The notes under the pieces: model-generated
The model's input: the letters and a program-made list of their open reading frames with translations, nothing else
Database searches by the model: none
Told to the model about the DNA's origin: nothing
Program-made: the position numbers and the translations under genes
Assembly: GCA_946965045.2 (NCBI GenBank)
Contig: OX337229.1
Location: forward strand, 6,014,001-6,078,000
Reading direction: 5' to 3'
Source of the DNA: Epithemia pelagica
Taxonomy: Eukaryota > Protista > Bacillariophyta
Length of the DNA: 64,000 nucleotides
Part shown: piece after piece, positions 1 to 13,988 of the stretch
Layout of the letters: the number at the start of each line of letters is the position of its first letter
How positions within the stretch are numbered: position 1 is the stretch's first letter

Positions 1-765
1 ATGCTCGAAATGTGGTGTTGCATTTGAACGAGATAGCGCACCAAAAATACCAACCCTACCGTCAGAGCATTGAAACGCCAAATCTTTTGAGTCTCGTGAT
101 TCCGCCAAGTCATAAAATCGGAAAATCCCCAAATGGCTCCGACTAATGTGATACATCCAAGCAGACTGTGAGAAAATAGAACAAACGTGACTGCGGAATG
201 TTCTGCATGTTTACTTACCTGCTCCACACACTTCTAGAATAAGCTTGGTGGAAAAGACTTGAAGAAATCGAGTCAGTCGATGGACTTGAAGAGGCGGAGG
301 TGACGGGCCTTTCCGAGTCATATCATTGTAATACTCCTTCATGAGGGATAGATACCGGCAAAAGAAAATGAATCCAACAAACAGACAGCATGTGCGCCAG
401 AATTCTTGCGTTTCCTCGTTGCGGAGCGTAAGACAGGCAGATACTCCCCAAATAGCTCCACTTGCTCCCAGCACTTGCAGGACAAACTTTGTGACAATCG
501 TTTGCAAAAAAGACAAGAGCGTCTTCTCTTCCTTGCCCAGGAGATTGTAATGCGTCAACAGTTCCAGTATCAAGCGGACCGCAAACAAAGAGGAGGCGAA
601 GCGAGCCGTGTGTTGCCAGAATTCAAGAGTGTCCTCATTGCGCAAGGTCAAAATCTCGGCAGGTCCCCATATCGCTCCTCCTCCACCCAAGACTTCCAAC
701 ACGAACTTGGGGAGAAATACTTGCCACAAGTCACGCATTCCTCCTTGGTGGTGGTCGTGGGACAT
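1..765 (-). CDS. Multi-pass membrane protein with three repeats of a 'FVL(E/Q)VLG-x-GAIWG...TLRNxxT' unit; 3' end runs off the window
   Basis: Likely ATG at 765 (MSHDHHQ). A GT-AG intron at 218..143 joins CGA-V-GAIWGFSDFMTWRNHETQKIW, giving the third repeat. Hydrophobic segments alternate with the repeat. No family recognised. Confidence 0.75.
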
Positions 766-2157
766 GGTGGTGGTACGTGTCAGGGAGAGAGAGCCCGTGG
801 TGGTGGCAACTGGCAGAAGCCTGTGGGGAGAAGAGAGGTTGGATGAGTCTCGAAATATGAGACAGAAGGTATAGATAGATAGGGCGCCGTACAGTGTCAG
901 TGTGTGCCGTGGGGGTTGAGAACGAAAAAAAGTGCTGACGAATGAGTGTCGCCCCAAGACGAGAGTGTGGAGAGTCCTGCGCTTTGAAGGAGCCCCAACG
1001 CTCGAATCGTCCGTTGGGTGTTTTATTGTTATGGTACGCGTTCTTTGAACGTGTAATTCAAACCCCAGTGTCACGCAAGCACACGTGGGGCATGTATCAA
1101 TCCATCTGCATCGTCACTTATCTGCAGAGACTCAACGCTTGCCTTTCGGACGCCACACGCGTTCAGATACTTCGGTCTTCGGTACACATTACTCGAACCC
1201 GTTGAGAATTTTTCATATGGGAGTACCGCGCGGGGGCGTCTCTCCCGACTCCCGACACCTTCCACGAAGCAGGAACCAAAGTTTGGGGAGAGTCATCGCG
1301 CGCGGTTACGAATAGTTAGAGCGTAGCTTCTCAACGGACTTCTGTTGCTTTCCGTTGGTTCTATAACTAAATTGAATCCAGGACGTTCAACGGAAGAAAC
1401 GTCGGAAGAATTTTGAACCGACCATCGACAACGTCTGAAGTCATTTGATTTTTTTCGCTTGGAATTTTCCGTTGATCTTGGATGGTGGTTCACATCAAAA
1501 TCGGACAGAAGCATGGTCCGGAGTTCGAAGTATCATAGCCAGCGCTATAGCAATAGAGCCCTAGGAGTAATATGAGTCTCAACACATCTTATCCAGTGTT
1601 TCTGCCTACCTAGAGCTACGAGAACAAGTAAGATAAGAGAGCTTGGTCTCTATGGTTGCAGTCACTGCCCATAGGATTCACTGCTCCCACAGGCTATAGA
1701 CTCGAAAGGCGTGTTTTCGTCTGACACGGAACAGAGATACGATCACACGAGAACCAGCACACGTCCTGTTTTCCAGACGACACAAGATCGCACGCGCAAA
1801 ATGTTTGAGGGTTTGGTCCAGAACGCAACAGAGATTCGCTTCGACCAAAACCCAATCGATGGCTAGCGAACTCAACAGCTGTCCTAATAGTAGAGTAGTT
1901 GTTTAGTTCCAAACGAGTCCACCCTAGGTTTGCATTCAATCGGTACCATGAACAGGGACGTTTTTCTTTCACTGCGACAAATGGTAGTTCGTTTCTGGAC
2001 TGCACAGTTGCAGCCACCAACGGCTGCTCCACAGGTCGGAAGGGCTCCACTCGTCTCGAGAAAAGCACACAGTATATGCCACGGTACAGTGTGTGTGGGC
2101 GCGCTGGTCCAAAAGCGGCTGGTCGTCCTGTTCGTGTCCACTTCTCGCAGGACGGAC

Positions 2158-3919
2158 CTACAGCGTGTTGAGTTTTCCAGTCGTCATGGGAACGAGAAAG
2201 CTCGTCAAATCGTCGTCTCCCACTCCACCAGCATTACCCGGACCCGAGACGGCTTTGGTGGTTTCCATACTAGTGGGATTGGTTTTGGAGTGTTTGATAT
2301 TTTCCCATTCCACACGCAACAGATTCCACAAGGCTCGTCGAAAGACCTCGAGGAACTGCGTGCACAAGACAAAGGAATCCGAATCCGAAAAGAGTGTGGA
2401 TTTGGCAAATCGGAGCATCCAGGAAAACCTTAAGACACAGTCAATCAACAAAATCAAGGCGGACATGCCAATGCCAAATCGCAATCGTGGTCTCAGCAAG
2501 GAATGGACACAATTGGTTGGGTGGGATGCTGCCTTCCGTGGAGATTGAAGCAATGCCTTGGGTTTGGCGCCCGTGTTGCAAACAACGACCCCAATGGGGT
2601 TTTCTTGCATCATACCCCAATCCATGACAATATCCCAGTAGAGCGCAAAGACGGAATTGACAACCAGCAAAAACAACAAGCGGTTTTCGAGGTCTTCTCC
2701 GGCTCGTTTGGGAATGGTCTGTTGGTAGGCGGAAAGACAGAGAGGAAAGATACTGGTAGAGTATTTCAGGGCATTCCACAAATGAGAAAATCGGTTCCGT
2801 TCTTTTTGGATGCGTCCCACCGAGTACATGATGAGGCATTGACGAGCCCGAATGATATAGGGGACGGCCGCAAAGGCGGAGGGAATGAGAATATTGTGCG
2901 CCGAGGCAGGAACGGGGTCGGGATAGTGCGACGCCATGTGAATGAGCATTCCCCAATCAAAAAATACCTTGGACAAGGAACACATGGCATCGGCATAAAA
3001 AACATCGACAAAGGGAATAAAGCGAGGAGGTACCGTTCCGTCGTTGGTCATGCAATGACATCGCGGATTGATCAATTCAAAGGTACGTTGGAGGACAATA
3101 TAGGTAGCCTTTTGCAGCCATCGATTGCAACGAAAGGGCAACATGATGGAAAGAGAGACCAAGGTATAAAACATGAGCACAGCTCCAATCGTCCCTCCCT
3201 TTATTATTTCAAGCCACCAGCTGCAAGAGAACACAAAAGGCGCAAGCAGGTGGTTCGTGAGGGAACAGGAGGGATAAACTCGGTTCTTCCAAGGATATAG
3301 AGATCCAAAAAGTCATGGTAGTAAAGCGTTATGGGACGTACTAGTAGGTAGAATGAAGAAGGACCAGTAGCAAAGCAGAAAGTCCCACCAACTTTTGCCA
3401 TGAAATGGCATTGTCCGATTCGGAATGAGAATGCGTCAATTCGAGATGCTGTGGTTGTTGTTGGTCGTCTTCGTCCAGGACTTCTTCTTCGTCTTCGTCC
3501 AAAAGTTGAGAGGGTGAACTACTTTGATTGGTGGCTATCCCCGAGCCGGAAGCTGCAGCGAGAAGGGGGACTCCTGTACTTGGTTGTCGTTGTGTGAGTT
3601 GTTGAGACGGTGCCGGTGGTTGCGGCGATGCCGTCGACGTTCGTGGTTGTTGTGAGGAATGAGAGGTGCCTGACCGATGATGAGACACCGACAAGGAAGT
3701 GTCCTTGCTACTTTCTTGTAATTCCAGCTCGGATTCTTCCAGTTTCAGCAAATCATGCTTGAGGACTTTGACGTAATCGATTCGAAACAACCGAAAGAAG
3801 AACAAATTCATCCCCCACAGTCCCACCGAGGCAATCAACACGGTTGGGGATCGCAACATGGCATGTGCAGGGCCTTTGCCGGCTCCAAATATTTCTCCAG
3901 CTTCTTGAGTCGAAGACAT
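2158..3919 (-). CDS. EXS-domain membrane protein (ERD1/XPR1/PHO1 family) with no SPX domain
   Basis: Exons 3919-3342 and 3220-2158, joined in phase by a GT-AG intron. EXS motifs: 'FVDVFYADAMCSLSKVFFD', 'PYIIRARQCL', 'HLWNALKYSTS', 'YWDIVMDWG', 'LRFSW', 'LEVFRRALWNLLRVEWE'. Confidence 0.9.
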
Positions 3920-4292
3920 TTTGATGTAGGATAATGTTTTGTGGAACAATGATGAAGGAGCACAGTGTATGGTTTCTCACCGTTCCCATGGTCGATGTGC
4001 ACAACAAGGATGAAAGAATGCGACAGGGGACATTCTTGTCGGTATCCGCGACTGGATTGTGACTGTGCGCACGCCGACGTGGCGTCTGTCCGTAGTCAGT
4101 AGCTATGAGTTCTTAGGCGTCGCTATCAACCACATAGCACAAACTAAAAATGGCGTTTCCCCTCCTAGAAATGCCACTATACTTTTCAGAACATCCACGA
4201 AATTTCAAATGGTATCAAAAGAACAAACATCATCTATTTCAATTGGTTTCATTTCATGAACGAGGCACAGAGAGATGAACAAATCACGAAAG

Positions 4293-7200
4293 TTACGATA
4301 TTGTCCTTTGCGATCCGTTGATGAGCAATGATCCACCATTCTCGGCAATCGCTCCACACTGGATCGTCACTCCCGTAAAGCGGCCTCGTGCGCATGGCCC
4401 GGTCACGACAATGGCCTTACCCTGACTTCCCTCATTGTCAAAAGAACATTGATAGGCATCTACTCGTCCTTCGTCGCAGACCGTCAACAGATTCTTGGTC
4501 ATTGTTTCGCCCACAGCGTTGAGCTTTGGTCGACGAAAGGTAACTCCTTCCATCCATCCGCCGCGAGCCCGCCAATCCAAGACGGAACCACTCATTTCAA
4601 CAACCACATGACTGGGGTTGTGTTCATCACCAATGAGGCGAATGGGGATCGACACGATCATGTCTTCCGTCACCCAATAATGACCGTCTGCCAGTTCAAT
4701 TGTGTCACCTGCCTTGGCCACTTGCAAGGCGTCCTGTAAGGTCCGGTAATGGTTTCGTTCCATCTTGTTGTCGTCTCGTGTGTAGGCTCCCATTTCCACG
4801 GGGTACACATGCAAGACAAAGGACGGATCTCCCGCCGCTCGACGCCAATGACGACAAGCACGAGCCGCTACGGTTCGTTCCGGAAACGGAAGAAGAAAAG
4901 ACATGATACGAATCAATGGATTCAATGGGAGAGCACTCCATCGCTTTTCGTGAGCCATTTCATATTCTTCCAGTTCCAAGAGGACGCGGGGTTTGTCCCA
5001 AATGGCTTCTCCGGTGTCCACATTGTAGTAAAATTTGGCCTTGTAGCGAGCATCCATTCGTGTTTCCCAGTTTTCACCGGTCAATGTCCTTCGTTTCTTG
5101 GATGCCTTGAGACGAGCGCTTTCCCGTTGATATAGATTCCGATGTCGGGACAAGTCGGTCGGAAGAGGATTCGTTCCGAGCAACTCTCCATCCGCCAGCG
5201 CTTGGTGCTCTTCGTAGGCTTTTTCGCGTTCAATAGCATCAATGTCAATCTCATCATCCTCTTCTTCCTCCTCCTCGGCTTGTCTCTTGTATTCCAGAAC
5301 GGCGTAGAGAGATACAAAGGGATCCACATCATTGCGGAAACGAAACCCATAACGTTCCACGGGAGAGAGGGATGCTTCAATGGCATTCTTGTCCATCCCA
5401 ACTTTGGTTTGCCACGATTCAAACTCTTTTTCCATTTCCTTCTGCTCCGTCTCCTCGTCCATTTGGGATGTTTCCTTCTTTTTGCTTTCTGCCACCGTGT
5501 TGTTGTTGTTGTTGTTGTTGTTGTTGTCATCCCTTTTTGCATCCGCACCACCTTTGGCTTCTGCTCTATCATCAAATTCCTGCAATTCCTCCGATGCTTC
5601 TTTTCGGGCACCCTGCAATGCCGCAACATCATCTGCATCTTCCAACTGAGTCATTGCGTTCTCCATCTGCTCATTGGTAAGGTCTTTCTTCTCATCCACA
5701 GCGGAGGGATCTACTTCTTCTTCTTCTTTTGGAGCTTGTTCCTCTTGCTCGGTCACTCCCAAAATCGCTCGCAGGCCTCCTTTGGTGTACACGTCGCGCA
5801 TCTCCTGGGCCGAGTCGGATGACTCTTTGGACGACAAACGAGCGTTCCGGTCGTGCCGAAAGAGGTGTGATGAGTCAAACTTGCCTCGGTCCATGACCAG
5901 AATGTCCAGATTCTTCTTTTGTTTTGCCTTGATCAATATATTCTCCTCAATCGAGTGTTCCGTCACCAAGCGATACACTGCAATAGCGTCAGTGTCTTGA
6001 GCGACAATCTTCTATTGTTGACATTGCGCACAACTCAGACAACGCAACACAAACACGTACCGTGACAATCTCTTGTTTGACCGATACGGTGGACCCGGTC
6101 CTGTGCTTGTGCATCCATGGCAGGGTTCCAGTCGCTATCATAAAAGCTAAAGAAATATACAAGGTTAGAGCACACCGTGACGCTGGACCACAACACAGTA
6201 ATTGACAGGTTACTCACACCACTGTGTCCGCTCCAATCAAGTTGACTCCAGTCCCGCCACTTCGGGTGCTCAAAATAAAGCAAAAGATCTTGGGGTCATT
6301 GTTGAAACGGTCCATCAAACGTTGGCGTCGGTCCACTCCTGTGCTTCCATCCAGTCGCATATATGTGTGCCCATTCAAGTTTAGAAAAGCCTCTAGAATG
6401 TCCAGCATTTTACTCATTTGAGTAAATATCAAAGTGCGATGGCCGCCACGTTTCAGTTCTCGAAGGAGCTCCGCAAGAGTCTGAAGCTTGCCGGCGTCAA
6501 ACTGGACAAGTTTCTTGTCAGGGAAAAATGACGACAATCGAGCGCGCGCTCGATTGAACGGGCGCATGTATTCCTCCAAAGGTTCCAAAAGCATCTGATC
6601 AATTGGTTTCTGTTGGGTACTGCGTTTTTTGTGAGATGATGGTTTTACACCAGCCCGGGGCACACAAAACACAAACTTTTTTATCATGTCGTCGCACTCT
6701 TCAGCCCTCTGTTGTTGGCTCTTTCGTAGCTCGAGAAGCTGCGCCGGTGTCGATAGGTGATTGAAACTTGAAGTATGATTGCGCTGAATGAAATCCACTC
6801 GCTCAACGAGCCTCTCCGGGAAAGGAAAGCTTCGTGATTGACATCGCCAAGCACTGAGAGTGTTGAGAAAAGCAATTCTACTCGACTTGTCTTCAAACCT
6901 TTCTCTGTGATGACGCTGTTCGAGTTTCACAATATCTTCATTGATACTCATCTTGTCAAGGCCCTCTTTAGCAACATACACGGGTTGAGGAATTGATTTT
7001 CCAAGCGTTCGGAGTTCTTCGGATTCGATCTCATCGTGTTTGTACGCTTTTGCAATGTCTGGGATACCACCACTTCCACACCATAGGGGGACACGAATGG
7101 ACTCGCCAACTGCATCGAACAAGTTGATTGTTTCGCTCAAATAAAACATTGAAGGTAGCAACGGCATACTGACAGGTTCCAGAAGGAATGGTGTAACAAT

Positions 7201-9922
7201 GGATCGCGGTTCAAAGAGGTCGGGATGGTTACAAACTTTTCTGAGTTGCATCAAGACGTTCATCATGCCCAGGAAGTTGCCGCCCTTCCGCAATGCCTTT
7301 CGTGTCGATGACCTAGCCATGAATTCCTCGTACATGAGAAGCTGCCGTCGAGACAGGGAGCATTTGACTATATGTTCATATTTTCCCGGCATCTGTGTCT
7401 CGACATCCTTCTTGAGGCGCCGCAATACAAACGGTCGGATGATGCCATGAAGTCTGCCAATTACATTCTCGTTCTCACCAGTGGTACCTTCTATCATATT
7501 GTTCATTGGGTTTTCAAACCAGAAAGAAAACTCTTTTCGAGAGCGAAATATATAAGGCATCAAGAAATGAAGAAGAGACCATAGTTCCATCAAGCTGAAC
7601 ACATACCAAGGGTCAGAAGCATCCACAATCGACAAAGAACATCTCCTACTTACCTATTTTGAAGTGGGGTTCCTGTCAGTAACAATCGCCGTTGGGTGTT
7701 GAAGTTGATCAGCGTTTGCCATCTTTGACTTTGAAAGTTCTTGATATTCTGAGCCTCATCTAGCACCATGTAGTACCATTTCTTCCGTTTGAACGCAAAA
7801 GCATCCTGAACAGCCAACTGTGAAGACGGGAACCTGGACAAGTTAGTTCCAAAGGCACCTGCCTGCTGGAAACAATGAGCAGCTCACGCACCTGATATGA
7901 AGTTATCACAACATGGTTCCAATTGGTTCTCGTCCAGCCTGTTCTCAGTTCTTTCCTCCTTTTCGCCGATCCATAATAACATAGCACCTTGAGTCCCGGA
8001 CAAAATCGCTTGAACTCAGTCTCCCAATTGACAATCACTGATGTGGGGACAACGATCAGATGTGGGCCCCAAATTCCCTTGTATGCGGCCAAATACGCAA
8101 TCAACGCAATTGTCTGCAAAGTTTTGCCCAAGCCCATCTAACAAACGCGAAAGGCTCTTTTGTTAGCAACGACGAAAACGAAAGCCGAGCCAATTAGCTA
8201 TAATAACTCTCACCTCGTCTGCAAGAATACCATTCAACCTTCTAGATTGCAGTGATATCAGCCAGTTGAGACCAATCTGTTGATATTCACGAAGTTTGAC
8301 CCAGCTAGCCAAGAGGAACGGCCTCGTAGCCAAAGTGCTTTTCGCAAGCTCTGCATACTGCTCAAGCGCCGACAGGGAGCTAGTTCCTACAGTTGCTTCC
8401 CCTTCCTTTCGAGGCCTCTTTGAAGGAGATTCTGCATCCGTAGCCTTTGCTCGTTGTCTTTTCGATCTCCTCCGTGTATCCGTGACCTCAGACCCGTCTT
8501 GAGAATCGTCATGGTCCCCCTCATTCTCTTGACCCGTTGCTTCCGTCATTGCGTCCTCTGAACCAGTTTCGTCCTTCTTCTCAGCCTCTTCGAATGCTCC
8601 TGCGTACATGGCACGAAGTTCTTCGACCGACATTTCATTTTCACTTTTCAACAATGCCAGCTCGTCTTCATACGACATGTCGCGACCCAACCTTTCTTCT
8701 GCTTCGATTGTTGTTTCGTCGTCACGTTCTGTAGGATTCGGCTCAAATTCACCATCTTCCAGATCCTCCTTTGTACTGTCATTCTCAAGCAAGTGATTGG
8801 TACTGGATTCCTCCTGTTGCGTTGCGTCGCCAGCTTCGCCACTATCGTTGTCCTCCTCCTCGTCGTCAACGTTTGTCGATTCCGTTTCGGCTTGCATCCG
8901 AGCATACATATTTCGAAGTTCTTCTACTGGGATTTCATTTTCTTGTTTCAACAAGGCGAGTTCATCTTCGTAGGACATGTCACGACCCAACTTTTCTTCT
9001 GCTTCAATGGTCGTTTCGTCATCCACTCCTCCACCGGGTTCTGGTTCAAACTCGGCATCTTCGCTCTCCTCTGTTGCGCCGTCGTCGTTGTTGTGGGGAA
9101 TACTTGGGTCGGCAGATTCCTCGTTGGACGTATCGTCTTTGGTGGATTCTAATAGGTTGTCTGATGGATTCGTATTCTCCGTTGGAATGGCATATCGTGC
9201 TCGTAGTTCTTCGATCGACAAATTGTTTTCTTCTTCCAGCAAGGCAATTTCTTGCTGGGCCGTCATTTCTTGGGGCAAGCCTTCCTCTTCTTCCATGGTC
9301 GTTTCATCGTCGACCGCCACTCCATCATCCACATATTCCTGAGCATCGTCGTCGTCGTCCTTGTCTTGTACCATGTGTCCCGCCGCCAAGTCATGGACGG
9401 ACCCCATTCGAAAATCGTCCACATCACTGGCATCTCCATCGTCATCGGCATCTTCTCCAGGGTCATTCCTCGTTGTTGTACGTTGGGTGTTGGAAGAGTC
9501 CTTCGTTTGGTCGGGCTTTGTTTCCGATGCAAAATGAACCTGTTTGTTGCTGCGTCGTTCCGGAGGGGCAAGTTTCGCTTGGTCGTCGTCCTTTGGTGGG
9601 TGCGTCTCTCCTGGATCCTCCTCGACCACGAATAAGGTGGGTGGTTCTTGCTGTAAGCGTTCCAACACGAGTTGAATGTCCAGGGTGGCTTCTTCTTGTA
9701 GTTGTTCCAACTCGAGTGGGTCCGCCACAAAGGAGGAGGAATAGGATCCATCCTGCCGGGATGCTCCTTGTGGTTGTGGTACAGAACGCCGTTCCTCTTG
9801 TTCTTCTCGTTCGGCTTGGGCCAGTGTGGTTTCGTCATCTACACTGGAATCCGAACCAGGTTCATAGGAACCATCGGATCCCATGGAATCGTCCGTGGTG
9901 GATTCTCCATAGAGACTTGCAC

Positions 9923-9974
<52 letters not shown>

Positions 9975-11005
9975 GGCAGCAGGAGTGTCTTGTTGTTGTT
10001 CTTGTTGTTCCAATTGCGCCAATCGGGCATAGTCGTGGACTTTGCGTTTCCGTTGTCCTACCGCCAAGGCTTGTTCGATGCGCCATTGATGGAGTTGTTG
10101 GTCATTCTCCTCGTCCTCCTTATCGTGGTCGCCGCCATGCTTGTTCTTGTGGACGCCGACGAGCGATTTGGTGTAGTGTTCGGTTTGTTGGACCAATTTG
10201 ACGAGTTTGCGATTCATGGCCTGGTTTCGTTCTTGATCGTAGGTGACCTTTTGTTGGTAGGTGACAATTTGATCCATTTTGCCCCACCACTTGTTCCTGA
10301 CGAGACGACCCATGCGGGCCGCCAATCGTCGTCGTTTGCTTTCGGCTTGGGTCCAGGCGGCCAAGGCCCGACTGGACCGCGTTTTAAAGTATTGCAAGAC
10401 ACCATTGGACAGTTTGCGACGGCTTTGGAAATGACGTTTGCGTTCCGAAGTAAAATCTGTCGATAACCTATAGAATTGTGGTCGTGTATGTGCAGATTGT
10501 GGGTTGGTGTGTGAAGAAGAAGAAAAACGCCAACAGGAGCAGCGAGACAAAGAAACAATCAAAGCAACAACAACAACAACAACAAGGTTCTCCAGTGTGT
10601 GAGTCATGATTCCCTACAGGCAATGATTCCACGAAATACACCACGAAAAATGACCATGTTTGTGACGGACCATTGCATTTCCTTGAGGACAAAATCCCAA
10701 TGAGTATCGGTCTTGACACGCAAGGGTGCTTGATGCGGCACTAGAAAGGACGTGGTGGTGGTGGTATCAGACTTTTGCTTGTTGTGTTCCGACGACGACG
10801 ACGACGACAGGAGTTTGGTGGCCCGAGGAGCCGCACCGGGTGGGACGGGCAGTGTCATGGTGGCCAATCGTTCCTGAACTTGTGTGTGACGCACCGTCAA
10901 GGATTCATAGTCTCGTTCCAACTCTGCCTTGTCCTCCTCTTTGAATTTCGTGCCCCGGCCTCCTCCCGAGGAAGAGGGAGCCTTGCGCTTTTTGCGGGGA
11001 CTCAT
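4293..11005 (-). CDS. SWR1: SWR1/SRCAP/Domino-type SNF2 chromatin-remodelling ATPase with a C-terminal WW + F-box + beta-helix extension; multi-exon
   Basis: HSA region ('[18 protein letters not shown]'), four acidic 'DDETT..E..L..E..L..EEL' repeats and '[12 protein letters not shown]...[17 protein letters not shown]'. Also '[18 protein letters not shown]', '[10 protein letters not shown]', a split ATPase insertion, '[13 protein letters not shown]', '[17 protein letters not shown]' and '[24 protein letters not shown]'. Start at 11005 (MSPRKKRK) is inferred. Confidence 0.93.
9923..9974. repeat. (GTT/AAC)n microsatellite, about 17 units, encoding poly-Asn in SWR1
   Basis: Perfect trinucleotide run read directly. 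Confidence 0.95.
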
Positions 11006-11428
11006 GATTCTTCTCCTCGTCGTCGTTGTCGTTGTTGTGATGATTGGGCATGAATGAGATGCACCCCGCAAAGATTTTGTGCTACCCTGTGGGGATGGTG
11101 GCAAAGATACCCATAGCCGGACGCCGGACAGGTTTTCGGGAATGCCAAACTACCCATCGTTTGAAACGGGTGATAATACAAAAAAGATCTAATTAAAATT
11201 ATGCGTCACGATAGGGATCCTTCCTGGCAAAAAGTGCTTTGGGACGAAAAGCTCCACAAAAATGCTCCCCAAACGCTGCTTGGAAGAAATTGTGCATTGC
11301 ACCGTTTGGGATCCAGAGAGCGGAGAGATTGGACACGACTGTGTAGCGATTGGGGACGCGTCTCTTGTGGAGTAGTCCGAGTGTCGAAGCATTGAGAGCG
11401 AGAGAGCAGCAGCAACAACAACAACAAC
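11006..11428. promoter_or_regulatory. Probable bidirectional promoter between SWR1 (-) and LSM14 (+)
   Basis: Head-to-head start codons about 420 bp apart. No individual element was verified. Confidence 0.5.
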
Positions 11429-12847
11429 ATGGCGGAGGAGAATCCTCTCATTGGTACGTTTGGAGATCGAACCTGGATCTCGTTTTTCCTGTGGGGCTCT
11501 CGTTCGCGTTCTGGATGGTTGGTCGTTGTGTTCGAGCCATTGCAATGTCTCTCTTTTTCTCACGACATGCCGTATCACTTGATTGAATCTATCATCTCTA
11601 CATGATTCTTCTTCTTCTTTTTCTGAAAATGATTGTTAGGCAAGACGCTGTCCCTCATTTCCAAAAAGAATATTCGATATTTGGGAACCTTGTATTCCAT
11701 CAATGAACAGAATGCGACGGTGGCCTTGCAAAATGTAAAAAGCTATGGGACAGAAGGAAGAGAGGAGGAAGAAGGCAAATTTGTCGCACCAACGGATGCC
11801 GTCCATCCCTTTTTGTTGTTTCGGGGACAAGATATTAAAGACCTCCATGTCCATGAAGAAGCTTCCAAAGAAACCACGACGACCGAACCGTCTTCCACAA
11901 CCACCACGACCGACTCGAACGAAGGAGCCTCGGCGGCATCGTCGCAACCATCGGAGGCGATCCGGGAGAATCCCAACGGTACGACGACAGGGGCCACCGA
12001 GAAACCCGCCACGACGACGACGACACAATCCACACCCGCCCCACAACCCACTCCCGAGTCACAACCATTGCAACGGACGATGGAATCGAGCAGCAGCAAA
12101 CCAGCCGCTCCGAGAACCATGGCGGCAGTGGTCGCCTCGGGAATTGCCGGAGGACGAGGATCGGCCCCTCCTCCGCGTGCGGCCAAACCACAGCCACCAG
12201 CGCATGCGAATACTAGCAGCAGCAGCACGACGACATTTGGATCCACTACGAGGCGCACAGGTGGCCGCGGGCGAGGCAATGGTCGCAAAGTATCGGCCGC
12301 ACCGGGGACTGGTGCCTCGCTCTTGCATCGAACGGCACGAGGATCCAATCCGAACGAGGATACGACCAATTTCCAACAAGATTTTGACTTTCAGTCCAAT
12401 TTGGACGAATTTCAAAAGGAACCCAAGGACAACAATGACAACGAGGACAACGACGACCAGGAAGCGGGAGATACCCCGACCGCCGACGACACGGGAGCTA
12501 ATACGGCCGCCTATGACAAGGATGACTTTTTTGATTCCATATCGAACGATGCGTCCGATCGGGCCAATGGGATTGACAATCGATTGCGAGGACGAGAAGA
12601 ACGAAACTTGAATACGGAAACCTTTGGGGCTGTTGCACTCAATCATTCCGACCGACGTCGGGGTGGTGGCCGTGGTGGACGAGGCCGGGGCCGTGGACCG
12701 GGCAGTGGACGATGGCGTGGTGGTAGTGGACGCTATGGTACTAGCCGTGGTGGTGGACGAGGAGGAGGTCGTGGTGGTCGAGGACGTGGCAGCCACAATC
12801 CGTATCGCGATTCGACGGGTCGACCCACGGCAGCCACACGATCGTAA
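11429..12847 (+). CDS. LSM14: LSM14/Scd6/DCP5 mRNA decapping activator
   Basis: Exon 11429-11453 (MAEENPLI) splices via GT-AG intron 11454-11639 to 'GKTLSLISKKNIRYLGTLYSIN' (Lsm14 N-terminal domain). Also 'DFDFQSNLDEFQK' (DFDF), 'YDKDDFFDSIS' (FFD), 'ERNLNTETFG' (TFG) and an RGG tail. Confidence 0.95.
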
Positions 12848-13988
12848 CAGCGACAGACAAACGTGATTCTCGATCGAGGAGAGCAGGGTTTACCACACTG
12901 GTGTAACCTTCTGCGATGACATAATATCTTTTGCGCGATTGTGGTGTCATGGGTGGTTGGTTTCTCATCCTATATTCCATTATAGAGCTTACTAGCAGGG
13001 CAGACAAAAGTTTCACGAGCGGTCTAGCTTTTCTCGCAAGTATTTGTAAATGTATGGGTTGATTCTCCTCCTCTAGTAGATAGCGCTTGGATATAGAAGG
13101 ACTGTTCCTCCACAGGTGGCGGATGGCAATTGCGATACTCTTCCCATCCTGGTATTCCGTCCACAATCCACAAGGCCCTCGTTTCTCTACTCTACGAGTA
13201 GGACTCTCCTTGACTACCTAGACTGCTATTACGAGAACCTTCCGTTGGATCAATATCAACACCACACATAATAAGAGTCAGAAATGATATGATGATGTTC
13301 GTTCTTCGTTCCTTCTTCCTTGTGGCAAGTGTCAATCGCAAAAAAAAGCTCAACACCCACACGCACGGCGGGTATCGTTGCGACAATATCTGTGACAAAT
13401 TTGATCCAATCAAGACGCTCATCGCGCTAAGTACAATCAGTACTAGCCTCTACACAGAACCAAAGACGTTGCACGGTGGAAGATCTCTTGGTGGGAGGAG
13501 CATTCCAATCGGTGACCAGCAGCAGAGGGCAGCGAGATATATGTTGTTGAGCAGGAGTCTGTTGCAAAACATGGGTCACACCACCACCAACCTCCTTCTT
13601 CTATATCAGCGACAAACGGATCCTCCTTTCCAAAACCTCTTGGCCCAAGACTTGGTAGTAGGACACGATCCCTTACTCCTCCATTTCGAACGAGGCTGAT
13701 ACTAACACAAGTATAAGGTGTGTGTGTATGTGTATCTGTTTGTGTGAATAGATTAGATCCTATCGACTCTGCGCAGTGTTCATTGTCTTGCGTAGAAAGA
13801 GGAAGGAAGAATCAACCGGTTTGGAGTCGTGCATATCATCCGGGAAGTGCTGTTCCTTGCAGTGCCATTGTGATTCCGCAACGAACAATGCCGTGTTTGT
13901 CAGAGACTATAATGGAAAATGGAATTGGAGACTCATGGCTCGTTCTCTTACAATATACCCTGCAGTTCGTGGAAGACTCTAGTAAAGA

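Noticed and set aside
1075-2150. Short ORFs between the membrane-protein gene and the EXS gene
   Set aside because: No motifs or RNA-gene structure seen; treated as intergenic or UTR.
12741-13982. Short ORFs between LSM14 and the bromodomain gene
   Set aside because: No recognisable domain or consistent splice model; a small gene or upstream exon cannot be excluded.
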